A stretch of DNA of 64,000 bases from Edaphobacter sp. (GTDB lineage: Bacteria > Acidobacteriota > Terriglobia > Terriglobales > Acidobacteriaceae): NCBI GenBank assembly GCA_025462645.1, contig JAOAPB010000007.1:58573-122572 (forward strand), written 5' to 3'. Shown here one piece after another: positions 19,478 through 28,708 of the stretch. The position numbers were made by a program, and so were the translations under genes. The notes under the pieces were generated by a model that searched no databases, was not told the origin of the DNA, and saw only the letters and a program-made list of their open reading frames with translations. The number at the start of each line of letters is the position of its first letter. The first letter of the stretch is position 1.

Positions 19478-20224
19478 ATGAGCATTCTTAAGGGTCGTGT
19501 TGCACTGGTGAGTGGAGCATCACAGGGCATTGGGCGCGCATGCGCGCTGGAGTTGGCAAGGGCTGGGGCGTCGGTAGCGCTGGCTGCGAGGAACCTGGAC
19601 AAGCTGGGTGAGGTTGCGGCGGAGATCGCTGCCGCCGGCGGAACGGCTCAGGCGTTCGCTTTGGATGTTTCGAGCGAAGAGTCGATCAAGTCCTGTGCCA
19701 AAGCTGTGCTGGAGCAGTTCGGCAAGGTCGAGATTCTTGTGAACAATGCTGGAATTACTCGCGACATGCTGGCGTTGCGGATGAAGCGGAAGGATTGGGA
19801 CGACGTACTGACGACCAACCTTACGGGAGCGTTTTTGATGACGCAGGCTGTGATGTCCTCGATGGTGAAGGGCCGCTGGGGCCGGATCATCAATATCACC
19901 TCTGTCGTCGGGCAGATGGGGCAGGCGGGGCAGGCGAACTATGCGGCCTCGAAGGCCGGCCTGATCGGGCTGACCAAGTCGCTGGCCCGAGAGCTGGCCA
20001 GCCGGACGATTACCGTGAACGCGGTTGCGCCAGGCTTCATCGAGACGGCGATGACCTCTGTCCTGACGGACGAGCAGAAGGCTGCCAATGCACAGTACAT
20101 TCCGCTGGGACGAGTTGGGACAGATGTCGAGGTGGCTCATGCGGTCGCGTTTCTTGCCTCGGAGGAGGCTGGCTACATTACCGGTCATACGCTGGATGTG
20201 AATGGCGGCATGCATATGGGGTGA
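19478..20224 (+). CDS. fabG: 3-oxoacyl-ACP reductase
   Basis: GASQGIG, NNAGITRD, YAASK, VAPGFIET, VNGGM; GGAGG RBS; TATAAT at 19447. Confidence 0.95.
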   Translation: MSILKGRVALVSGASQGIGRACALELARAGASVALAARNLDKLGEVAAEIAAAGGTAQAFALDVSSEESIKSCAKAVLEQFGKVEILVNNAGITRDMLALRMKRKDWDDVLTTNLTGAFLMTQAVMSSMVKGRWGRIINITSVVGQMGQAGQANYAASKAGLIGLTKSLARELASRTITVNAVAPGFIETAMTSVLTDEQKAANAQYIPLGRVGTDVEVAHAVAFLASEEAGYITGHTLDVNGGMHMG

Positions 20225-20226
20225 TC

Positions 20227-20497
20227 CCCTCCCCCCCGGGGGTACTTGGGGCGTAAGTGTCCTGTTTGCAATGGCATAAGCGAAATAATGTCGCTAAATT
20301 CGTCCATATAAAGGGGTTATGGCTAAAGTCGTCTCCTGATTGAAGTTACGGGTACAAATGGGAAAGCCCCAGCGTTGACGCCGGGGCTTTCTTTGACTCT
20401 GTATTGATTGTAACGGATGGAGAGAAACTAGTATGCCAACGCTATTTGCTTTGTTTTTATGGGCTTAGGTGGTTTAGGGGCTTGACAAGGGTTTTTG
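20227..20497 (-). repeat. ~270-bp AT-rich dispersed element, copy B
   Basis: Inverted homolog of 15650-15920, starting just after the fabG stop codon. Confidence 0.85.
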
Positions 20498-20531
20498 ATG
20501 GAAAGGCGCTCGGTCGCTGTTCCTCCCCCCT

Positions 20532-20570
20532 CGTAATGCTGGGGTTCTTCGCTGCGCTGAGAATGCCAGC
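20532..20570 (-). repeat. Degenerate REP-like unit
   Basis: rc GGCATTCTCAGCGCAGCGAAGAACCCC resembles GTCATCCTGAGCGNAGCGAAGGACCCC. Confidence 0.6.
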
Positions 20571-20714
20571 AAAACAGATAACGAAAGGCAGAAGACGAAG
20601 AGACAAGCCTTCGGGGATGGCGCCTTTCGCGGCTTGATTCGGCAGGCACGAATGCGTGCTCTCCGGCCTCCGGACGCACTGCTAAGTGGACAAAGGCACC
20701 TGCAAGGACGGTGG

Positions 20715-20918
20715 ATTCGTTGTTGAAAAGGGGCGGGCGGGTGTGGTGAGTGAAGACCTTCGGGGTCCTTCGCTACGCTCAGGATGACAGCAAGGACTTA
20801 TACGGCAAGCAAGATACGGCAAGAGCAAGAGCAACGACTAGACTGGCTGGGAGAGGGATGCGGTCCCACCCATCGCGATGAGACTGCGATGGATGGGGCA
20901 CCCGAGCGTTTTTGGGCT
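20715..20918 (-). repeat. GGGTGCCCC hairpin + TGTCATCCTGAGCG REP-like units
   Basis: Matches 13602-13764 and 5463-5570. Confidence 0.85.
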
Positions 20919-20926
20919 GCTATGAG

Positions 20927-21072
20927 CAAGAACAAGCAATGGCAAGAGCCTCAAGAACAAGCAACGGCAAGAACCTCAAGAACAAGCAACGGCAAGAACC
21001 TCAAGAACAAGCAACGGCAAGAGCCTCAAGAACAAGCAACGGCAAGAACCTCAAGAATGAGCGGCGGCAAGA
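20927..21072. repeat. 25-bp tandem repeat, about 5.8 copies (CAAGAACAAGCAACGGCAAGAACCT)
   Basis: Units start at 20927, 20952, 20977, 21002, 21027 and 21052 (last degenerate); no spacers. Confidence 0.95.
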
Positions 21073-21084
21073 TGATCTTCTGTG

Positions 21085-23511
21085 TCACTCCGCTCGCAGT
21101 ACTACCGAAGGATCCACGCTTGCAGACCTTCGCGCCGGCAGAGCTACCGCTAACCCGGCCGCCACTAACAGTCCAGTTGCCGCCACCGCCAGCGAAGAGA
21201 TAACTCCTCCGCCCACCCCGGCAAACGCATGCGACAGCAGCCGCTGCATCGCCAGCACCGCTATCACGCCAACTCCCAACCCGGCTCCCACCATGGTCAG
21301 CGTGTCATTGACGACAAGTCTGGCAATCTGCCATCGCTGGGCGCCGAGGGCCATGCGGATTCCAATCTCCGCCGACCGCTGCGAGGTCGTATAGCTGAGT
21401 AGTCCATAGATGCCGATTGCAGCCAGCAACAGGGCAAGTCCGCCAAAGAGCGACAGCAACCACACCAACAACTGGCGCGCTCCGAGCGACTGCTCGACGA
21501 GACTGCTCAAGGTGTGCACATCGTAGACGGCCTCGGTTGCATCGACAGAGCGTACCGCATTGACCAGCGAAGCCCCCATCGCCTGTGGATTGCTCTTTGT
21601 GCGGACGATAAAGTTTGTCATCGCCGTCGGATACTGCTCGAACGGCATGTAGATGACACCCTTGTTCTGATCCACCTCCAGCGAGTTGAGCCTCACGTGA
21701 CCGACGACTCCCACAACCTCCATTGCCGGAGTCTTCGGCCCCTGCTTCAGATGGGCTCCGATCGGGTCCTGTCCGGGCCAGTACGCCTTCGCCAGCACAT
21801 CGTCGATGACCGCCACCGGCATGGTCCCCGCACGGTCTGCTTCGGTAAACCAGCGGCCGCGCATGAGTGGAATCTGCATCACCGCCAGATAGTCAGCCGC
21901 CGCTTCCTGAATGTTGGCATGCGGACCGGGCTGGCCTTCCGGGGTTGGCTTCTCCTGGATAAGGAAGCTGCCAGAGCCGCCACCTACGTTGGAGAACGGC
22001 ACGAACGATGTCGCAGAGGCGGAGATCACACCGGGCTGTTGCTGGATACGCGAGAGCACGTCTCTGACAAAGGCAGCCTGTTTCGGCTTGTTGTCGCGAT
22101 AGTCGGCTCCGGTGAGCATTACCGAGCCGGTGAGAACGCCCTCTGGGCGAAAGCCGGGATCGACCTGCTGTAGTTGGCGCAGACTTGCAAGAAACATCCC
22201 GGTCCCGGTCAGCAACACAAATGCCAGGGCAATCTGCGTACTGACCAGCACGGTGCGCAGGCGCTGCCTCGACGAGCTGGTCGTCACGCTTTTGCCAAAC
22301 TCCCCGATACGCTGCATCCTCGCGACCTGAACCGCGGGGGCGATACCAGCCAGAAATGCTGCCAGCAGACTAAATCCAATCGTCACCGCCACCAGACGGG
22401 GATTGCTCTGAATCACAAACCCATCCGCCAGATGACCCGGGATCAACAACAGCAACGACCGTCCAATCAGCGGCCCGGTGAGCACGGCGATGATCGCCGC
22501 TCCTCCTGCAAGCAAGAGTGTTTCGACCAGAAACTGCGACGTGATCTGAAACGCCGATGCTCCCAATGCAGTTCGAATCGCCAACTCTCGCATTCGTCCC
22601 GCGGTCCGTGCCAGCAGCAGCCCGGCCACGTTGGCGCAGGCGATCAGCAGGATCGCCGCCACCACGGCAAACAAGGCAAACAGGGGTTTGCGGAGATCGC
22701 CGGCGGCATCCTGGGTCCAGGGCTGTGCAAACATACCCCAGCCTGCGCTCTCTGCGAACCCATTGCTTCCCTCGCGCCGCACCTCTTCCATCCGCTTCTG
22801 TCCGAGCGCAGCGTTAAACTGCTCCACGCTCACTCCCGGCCTCAAGCGGACGCCGCTCGAGTACATCTCGTTGAAGCGTCTGTTCGCCGCATAGGCATCG
22901 GGTTCCAGTCCTAGCGGGACCCACAGGTCCTGTCCCCGGGGCCAGTCGAAGTCGCTTCGCATAACGCCAACAACCCGATAGGCCTGCCCATCCATGACCA
23001 TCGATCTGCCGATTGCGTCTGGCTGTCCTCCGAAGATTCGCTGCCACGCCGCATAGCTGAGGACCGTCACATAGTTCGCGCCCTTCTGGTCCTCCTCGGG
23101 CGAGAAGGTGCGGCCGAGGATAGGCTGCGCGCCGAAGACACGGAACCAGTCGCGACTGACTAATGCCGCTTGCAGATGCTCCGTTCCGCCATTGGTGCTG
23201 GTGTTGAAGCTTCCCGGCTTATTGATCGCCGCCGAATCCACCAGCGCGGTCAGCGACTGGGCGTCCTTGAAGTCGGGCGCGGAGATACCGATGCTGGGCA
23301 TATTCAACTGCGTATAGCGGACATGGAAGGAGGCGACCCGATCCGGCTCGGCGATTCCCGCCGGATGCAGTAGCACCGCTTGAACCACGCTGAAGATCGC
23401 CGTGTTCGCGCCTACCCCGAGCGCCAGGGTCAGGACCGCCACTACCGTAAACGTGGGAGCATTTCTAAGCTGACGCAACCCGTAACGAATGTTCCCCAGC
23501 AATGTCTGCAT
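21085..23511 (-). CDS. ADOP-type duplicated MacB/FtsX-like ABC permease
   Basis: LALGVGANTAIFSVV, LLIACANVA, RELAIRTALGA, EIGIRMALGA, VDPSVVLRAE; no ATPase gene nearby. Confidence 0.92.
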   Translation of the reverse strand: MQTLLGNIRYGLRQLRNAPTFTVVAVLTLALGVGANTAIFSVVQAVLLHPAGIAEPDRVASFHVRYTQLNMPSIGISAPDFKDAQSLTALVDSAAINKPGSFNTSTNGGTEHLQAALVSRDWFRVFGAQPILGRTFSPEEDQKGANYVTVLSYAAWQRIFGGQPDAIGRSMVMDGQAYRVVGVMRSDFDWPRGQDLWVPLGLEPDAYAANRRFNEMYSSGVRLRPGVSVEQFNAALGQKRMEEVRREGSNGFAESAGWGMFAQPWTQDAAGDLRKPLFALFAVVAAILLIACANVAGLLLARTAGRMRELAIRTALGASAFQITSQFLVETLLLAGGAAIIAVLTGPLIGRSLLLLIPGHLADGFVIQSNPRLVAVTIGFSLLAAFLAGIAPAVQVARMQRIGEFGKSVTTSSSRQRLRTVLVSTQIALAFVLLTGTGMFLASLRQLQQVDPGFRPEGVLTGSVMLTGADYRDNKPKQAAFVRDVLSRIQQQPGVISASATSFVPFSNVGGGSGSFLIQEKPTPEGQPGPHANIQEAAADYLAVMQIPLMRGRWFTEADRAGTMPVAVIDDVLAKAYWPGQDPIGAHLKQGPKTPAMEVVGVVGHVRLNSLEVDQNKGVIYMPFEQYPTAMTNFIVRTKSNPQAMGASLVNAVRSVDATEAVYDVHTLSSLVEQSLGARQLLVWLLSLFGGLALLLAAIGIYGLLSYTTSQRSAEIGIRMALGAQRWQIARLVVNDTLTMVGAGLGVGVIAVLAMQRLLSHAFAGVGGGVISSLAVAATGLLVAAGLAVALPARRSASVDPSVVLRAE

Positions 23512-23910
23512 CTCGATTCCTCCGGCAACGTTATCAAAGGTATATAAAGGCACGCGCCATACCAAAACTGTGGGCTACTATCCCCTTTCACTTCAGTGCG
23601 ACGTGCCAGCTTGAAGCTCTCGTCGTGTTCGCCTGCGAACATTCCTGGCCGATTTCGGACAGAATTAAAGTCTTCGCAATAAAGTCTCCGCGGATTCTGT
23701 ATTCCGCGGCAGGAAAGGTTCTTTCGACGCGAATTGAGTAAAGAACAGCAACGACGGAGAGTGTTTACTTTGGGATTAGTAATGGTTCTGGTAATGACAT
23801 AGGTTGTTCGTGATAGCCACGAGGTTCAAGTAAGGGTTCAGGTTTTCGGGGGTAACTGACTCTGGGTGAACCTGGGCAGGTACGGGGAGATTGGAAGTTA
23901 AAGATAGGGA

Positions 23911-23940
23911 TTGACCAAGTACTTGCGTGTGTTTACTTTG
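23911..23940 (+). promoter_or_regulatory. Candidate sigma70 promoter of the XRE regulator
   Basis: TTGACC-N17-TACTTT containing the palindrome CAAGTACTTG (23916-23925). Confidence 0.45.
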
Positions 23941-24012
23941 TGGCTAATGGTTGATATGCAAACAATTCCTTCAGGCGTGGAGCGCGAGCCGATCGAGGCT
24001 CTTTCAATTTCA

Positions 24013-24360
24013 ATGAACATCGGCACTACGATCCGTGGCTACCGGCTGCAGAAGGGGATGTCTCAAGGCGATATCGAGAAGCGAACAGGGCTGCTGCGGT
24101 GCTACCTGTCACGGGTGGAGAACGGGCATACCGTACCGTCGCTGGAGACGCTGCAGAAGATCGCGCGGGCGCTGGACCTTCAGCTGTCGGAGTTCTTCGC
24201 CGAGGAGATCATCGGCAAGGAGATGTCGTCGCTGAACCTGGGTGAGGATGAGATCCGGTTTCTGACGCAGGTGCAGCGGTACTCGGCGCATTTGAGCGAG
24301 AGCGACCGGAGATTGCTGCTGGCGATGGTGAGGAAGTTTGCCCAGACGACTTTGAGCTAG
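24013..24360 (+). CDS. XRE-family HTH transcriptional regulator
   Basis: IG..IR.YR..KGMSQ....RTGL...YLSRVENG...PSLETL..IARAL; start could be upstream (23947). Confidence 0.9.
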   Translation: MNIGTTIRGYRLQKGMSQGDIEKRTGLLRCYLSRVENGHTVPSLETLQKIARALDLQLSEFFAEEIIGKEMSSLNLGEDEIRFLTQVQRYSAHLSESDRRLLLAMVRKFAQTTLS

Positions 24361-24377
24361 AAAAATCGTGTCGAAAC

Positions 24378-24404
24378 AAGGGAGCCTTGGCGGCTCCCTT
24401 TTTT
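24378..24404 (+). terminator. Intrinsic terminator
   Basis: AAGGGAGCC-TTGGC-GGCTCCCTT followed by a T-run. Confidence 0.8.
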
Positions 24405-24437
24405 GATTTTGGGCGCGTACTGGACGCGGGCCGCTCC

Positions 24438-24980
24438 TTAGGAGTGAGTTGGGGTCTGGACCGAGATCAGCGTAAAGCTGACGCTGCCTGTCGTGATGCG
24501 CTTGTGCGGCGTGCCCCGGGGGATGACGATCATGTCGCCCTTGTGAAGGGTGTACGACTTGCTTCCTGTTGCGTTGGGGGCGAGCCACTCTCCGGGCCCG
24601 GTGCTGTGGGGCGTCTGTGGGGTTCCACCCAGTTCGTACTGCGTCGATCCGTCGAGGACCTGGAAGATGTGGTCGCGGTGCTCGTGGTACTCAAACTCCT
24701 TCGCGCTCTTGCTGGTCTCGGCGCCGACGGTGAGGGAGAAGGGGGTCTCCTTGCTGCCGGTGAGGATCTTCGAGGCAGAGGTGGCCTGGAGAGTCTTCAC
24801 CAGATCGGCGATCGCTTCGGCCGAGAAGGACTCGACCGGCCTGGGAGTTGTAGCACCGGTCTGGGGTGCGGCGGCAGAGGCCGTGGAGGCAAAGAGCAGT
24901 TGTTCCGAGAGAGAGAGACCGGCAGCAGCGGCGAGAGGTGCCGACAGGAAGAAGTTGCGGCGAGTTTGATTTTTGGCCAT
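24438..24980 (-). CDS. Tat-exported cupin-like protein
   Basis: TRRNFF twin-arginine signal; EYHEHRDH and GDMIVIPRGTPH cupin motifs. Confidence 0.78.
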   Translation of the reverse strand: MAKNQTRRNFFLSAPLAAAAGLSLSEQLLFASTASAAAPQTGATTPRPVESFSAEAIADLVKTLQATSASKILTGSKETPFSLTVGAETSKSAKEFEYHEHRDHIFQVLDGSTQYELGGTPQTPHSTGPGEWLAPNATGSKSYTLHKGDMIVIPRGTPHKRITTGSVSFTLISVQTPTHS

Positions 24981-25058
24981 GCAGCAGTGAACCACACTCT
25001 TTGCATGAAAGTGAAGCGCTTGATCTGCGAGGGGATAGGGAGCTACGACTCCTCTTGC

Positions 25059-25889
25059 TTACTTGAGATTGGCGATCCAGTACGCGAAGAGGGAGAGGAA
25101 GAAGGCGGCACCAGCGAAGGTGAGCTTCTGGCGCTGGAGATAGCGGGCGCGCCCGGAGGTCATGCGGGGGACGAGAGGGACTCCAAGGGCGAGGCCGCTG
25201 AGGAAGCCGCCGAGGTGGGCGCTGTTGTCGATGCGGATGCCGACGGGCACGACCGCAGTGCTGAGGCCGATGACGAGGTTGAGCGCGGCGAACTGGATGA
25301 CGGAGCGGCGGAGGCGCTTGAGCTCGAAGATCGGGATGGGGAGCTTGTGATTGGAGAGCAGGACGATGAGGATGCCGGCGATGCCGAAGACGGCTCCCGA
25401 GGCTCCCGCGCCGACGGAGACGTAGTCGCGCAGGATGACGTTGAAGCCCAGGCTGAGGAGGTTGCCGGCGATGCCGGTGAGGATGTAGACGGCGGTCAGG
25501 CCTAGGGGGCCGAGGAGCGGCTCGCCCAGGAGGCCGAGGTTCCAGAGGCACCACATGTTGGTGGCGAGGTGGATGAGGCCGACGTGGACGAAGGTTGCGG
25601 TGAGGAGACGGTACCACTGGCCATGGAGGACCAGAGCAGGCACGTTGGCGCCGAAGTGGACCAGCTGTCCCGGCGAGGGTGAACTGGCAGAGACGCCGTG
25701 GAGGATCATCCAGAGGAAGACGGCGCAGTTGATGGCGAGCAGGAAGTAGGTGCCGGGAGCACTGAAGAAGTTTCTGCCGCGGTTGCGCGGGGGGATCTGC
25801 TCCTGGGCGTAGTCGGGCATGGGATGCGCCGAGCCTTCACTGTATTGCGGCGGAATGATCTCGCCTTCAGGTTGGGGGGAGGGTGGCAT
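25059..25889 (-). CDS. Rhomboid intramembrane serine protease
   Basis: WYRLLT, H....H...N, GASG, AHLGG. Confidence 0.93.
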   Translation of the reverse strand: MPPSPQPEGEIIPPQYSEGSAHPMPDYAQEQIPPRNRGRNFFSAPGTYFLLAINCAVFLWMILHGVSASSPSPGQLVHFGANVPALVLHGQWYRLLTATFVHVGLIHLATNMWCLWNLGLLGEPLLGPLGLTAVYILTGIAGNLLSLGFNVILRDYVSVGAGASGAVFGIAGILIVLLSNHKLPIPIFELKRLRRSVIQFAALNLVIGLSTAVVPVGIRIDNSAHLGGFLSGLALGVPLVPRMTSGRARYLQRQKLTFAGAAFFLSLFAYWIANLK

Positions 25890-26029
25890 AAAGATATCTC
25901 CTCTACGCTATCGCGGCGGGAGGTGGGTGGCAAATCGACTACGGATTCTCGCGAGAGACGCGGATTCAAAACAGACAGCGGCAACGACGAAATGCCGGCT
26001 CTCGACGCTCTTTGGGGTGGAATGAGGGA

Positions 26030-26106
26030 GAACAGGCAACGGCAAGAACTGGCTGGGGAAGTGTGTCGATCCCACCCTTCGCAGAGTGCGCGAAGGATGG
26101 GGCACC
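26030..26106 (-). repeat. GGTGCCCCATCC hairpin repeat
   Basis: rc GGTGCCCCATCCTTCGCGCACTCTGCGAAGGGTGGGA...CCCCAGCCAGTTCTTGCCGTTGCC, same family as 13602 and 20841. Confidence 0.8.
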
Positions 26107-26178
26107 TATACGTTTGAGGTTGGTTCGAGAGTGCTTTTGAGATTGTTCGAGAAAACGGGCAACGGCCGAGCGGCAGGC

Positions 26179-26676
26179 TCAGGCGACGTTTTCGTTCTTG
26201 GTAAAGCGGTTGCGGAGGTCGGCGGGGATGTGCTGCTGGACGAAGCCGCCGATGACGCCGGGGAGCGGTGTGGCGACGGCGACGAGAACCCAGAGAAGGG
26301 TCGAGAAGACCAGGCCGACTACGGCGACAGCTTCGAGCGAGATCGCGATGACGTGGGCCTGATTGAGATGGACGCGTACGGTGCCGATGTGGGTGACGAG
26401 CTCCAGCCGGTGGATGATGACGGCGGCCAGCAGAAAGGCGGCGATCGAGAGGGTGCTGACACTGATGAGGAGGATATCGATGGTGCGGGCTATATGCTGA
26501 CGGCGGCGGCAGTGAGCGCAGTCGGCGAGATGCTGGTCGTAGTCCGTGCGCATGGCAGGAGAGAGGCCCGAGATGTCATAACGCCAGCCGGAGAGGATGT
26601 CGCCGACGACCTGATCGATGCAGGACGATGTGCGGTTGCGGCGATTGGCGGGAAAGGCTAACGCTATTTTACTCAT
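26179..26676 (-). CDS. Hypothetical membrane protein with ZAS-like motif
   Basis: HLADCAHC followed by two hydrophobic helices. Confidence 0.7.
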   Translation of the reverse strand: MSKIALAFPANRRNRTSSCIDQVVGDILSGWRYDISGLSPAMRTDYDQHLADCAHCRRRQHIARTIDILLISVSTLSIAAFLLAAVIIHRLELVTHIGTVRVHLNQAHVIAISLEAVAVVGLVFSTLLWVLVAVATPLPGVIGGFVQQHIPADLRNRFTKNENVA

Positions 26677-26814
26677 CGGTTTATATGACTTCATTCTACC
26701 TTTCTTTGATAGCCAGAGAGGGAATAAAGATTCACAAGGGATTAACTTACGTTGCACATGCAGTTACGGGGGATTGGAGCAAGACTAGGAAAGGAAATGG
26801 GTTACTGCGCCGGA

Positions 26815-27864
26815 TCAAATGGAGATCGGATGTAGAGGAGTTCCCTGTTCGGCCAGGAGAATGCGATTACCGAGCAGTGTGGGGTGGTTGACGAGGGCCT
26901 GCTCGGCGGCGATGCGGGCGAGCTCGGGGGCGTTGTTGGACTCGGAGAGGTGGCCGAGAACGATCCAGGCGGCGCCTCCGTCGTAGTCGTTCTGGAGGAA
27001 CTCCGCCGTTGCGTGGTTGGAGAGGTGGCCTACGCGGGAGAGGACGCGCTGCTTGACGGACCAGGGGTAGGGGCCGTCGCGGAGCATCTCGAGGTCGTGG
27101 TTGGACTCGAGGAGGAGGACGTCGACGCGCTTGAGGGCGGACTTGACGTTGGGGGGCATGTAGCCGAGGTCGGTGGCGAGGGCCATGCGGACGCCCTCGG
27201 ACTCGAAGACGAAGCCGCAGGGGTCGGCGGCGTCGTGGGGGATGGTGAAGGGGGTGATGTCGATGTCGCCGATGGAGAAGTTGGCTCCGGCGTGGAAGTA
27301 CTCGACCGCGGGGAGGTAGGTTGGGTCGGCTTTGACTGGGGTGGTCTGGGGGTCGCAGAGGGCTTCAGCGTCGGGATCGACCGCTTCGGGGTCGGCTCCG
27401 GCGTAGATGCCGCGAGTGAGGCTGAGGCTGGAGTCGAGGTTGGCTGCCTCTGCGGAGACATGGGCGATGGAGGCGGCTTCGGCTGCGATGTCGTAGGTAG
27501 GGGCGCTGGATGCAACGGCGGCGGCGCGGGTCTCTTTTTCGCGCTGGATGTGATCGAGCCACTTGGCGTAGGTCATGGTGGTTCGGGGGGTCAACATGCG
27601 GACCCAGGCGCGGTGGGTGGGCTCGGTGAAGAAGACGGGGATGCGGAGGCGGCGGGCGAGGACAGCCAGGCCGGCTACGTGATCCTGGTGCTCGTGGGTG
27701 ATGAGGATGGCGCTGAGCTGCGAGGGGTCTTCGCCGGCGAGGGCCATGCGCTTGAGTAGCTCGCGGCAGGAGAGGCCAGCGTCGACGAGGATTCGGGTGC
27801 GGGAGGAGGCGATGACGGTGCTGTTGCCTTTTGATCCGGAGGCTAGCACTGTCATTCGCATCAT
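26815..27864 (-). CDS. MBL-fold metallo-hydrolase (YycJ/WalJ-like) with internal insertion
   Basis: LASGSKGN, LVDAG, THEHQDH, PHDA, TDLG, ESNHD, GHLSN, HLSESNN. Confidence 0.9.
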   Translation of the reverse strand: MMRMTVLASGSKGNSTVIASSRTRILVDAGLSCRELLKRMALAGEDPSQLSAILITHEHQDHVAGLAVLARRLRIPVFFTEPTHRAWVRMLTPRTTMTYAKWLDHIQREKETRAAAVASSAPTYDIAAEAASIAHVSAEAANLDSSLSLTRGIYAGADPEAVDPDAEALCDPQTTPVKADPTYLPAVEYFHAGANFSIGDIDITPFTIPHDAADPCGFVFESEGVRMALATDLGYMPPNVKSALKRVDVLLLESNHDLEMLRDGPYPWSVKQRVLSRVGHLSNHATAEFLQNDYDGGAAWIVLGHLSESNNAPELARIAAEQALVNHPTLLGNRILLAEQGTPLHPISI

Positions 27865-27919
27865 TTGTCTACGATACGCCTGTTGGTTGTGGGTATTCGG
27901 GGGGAGTAACTGGTTTGGT

Positions 27920-28162
27920 TCAGGCTGATGGTGGGAGCTGTGCGGTGAGGATGTCGGAGAGGAGCAGAGAGTGGCCGTTGCTTCCCTTCTGGATGTAGGT
28001 GCCCTCGGGGCCGGGTTCGACTTCGAGGCAGAAGAGATCGGGAGTCTCGCCCTCATCGAAGACGATGAGGATCTGCGCGAGGAGGCGGTCGCCCTGGATG
28101 GTTTCGAGGACGACCACCTTGTCGATCTGGGACTTAAGGAACGTCAGTTCGGCTTCGGTCAT
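27920..28162 (-). CDS. Hypothetical protein (80 aa)
   Basis: ATGA-coupled to the maoC-like gene; codon usage like neighbours. Confidence 0.7.
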   Translation of the reverse strand: MTEAELTFLKSQIDKVVVLETIQGDRLLAQILIVFDEGETPDLFCLEVEPGPEGTYIQKGSNGHSLLLSDILTAQLPPSA

Positions 28163-28617
28163 TGCACAGCGTCACGGAGTGGAGCCAGGAAGTTGACGGT
28201 GCTGCGCATGACGACCTCGTTACGCTGGTTGAGGGCGAGGGTGCGGGTGCGGACGACACCGTAGTCCTTGCGGGAGTTGGACTGGCGAACGCCGACGACC
28301 TCGATCTCGGTGCGGATGGAGTCGCCGGGGCGGACGGGCTGGGTCCAGCGCATCTCCTCGACGCCGGCGCCGATCATGCCACCGACTACCGTGATGGACT
28401 GGACGCGGAGGCGCATGACGATGGCTGCGGTGAGCCAGCCGGAGGCGGCGAGGCCTTTGAAGAAGGAGCCTTCCCCGGCGGCTTCGTCGAGGTGGAAGGG
28501 CTGGGGGTCGTACTTCTGGCCGAACTCCTTGATCTCCTCGGCGGTGACCTTCGCGCTTCCAATGGAGTTCATCTTCTGGCCTACGTAGAAGTCTTCGAAG
28601 TAAAGCTCTTGCGGCAT
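28159..28617 (-). CDS. MaoC family dehydratase
   Basis: YFEDF.VGQ, YDPQPFHLD, ASGWLT, PVRPGD. Confidence 0.92.
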   Translation of the reverse strand: MPQELYFEDFYVGQKMNSIGSAKVTAEEIKEFGQKYDPQPFHLDEAAGEGSFFKGLAASGWLTAAIVMRLRVQSITVVGGMIGAGVEEMRWTQPVRPGDSIRTEIEVVGVRQSNSRKDYGVVRTRTLALNQRNEVVMRSTVNFLAPLRDAVQ

Positions 28618-28708
28618 TGTGTCTCCTAGTGGCTACGAGTTTACGGGATGAACGACAGGACTGGCCATTGGATGAGAGAAGGCTATAGTCCGCGAGTGGA
28701 TTGGCCGA

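Noticed and set aside
20927-21072. CRISPR array
   Set aside because: Repeats are contiguous with no unique spacers, and there are no cas genes.
20784-21394. ORFs with QEPQEQATARTSRTSNGKNLKNK repeats
   Set aside because: Translations of the 25-bp tandem repeat; no RBS or domain support.
23824-23839. LexA box GTTC...GTTC upstream of the XRE gene
   Set aside because: Spacer is 8 nt, not 7.
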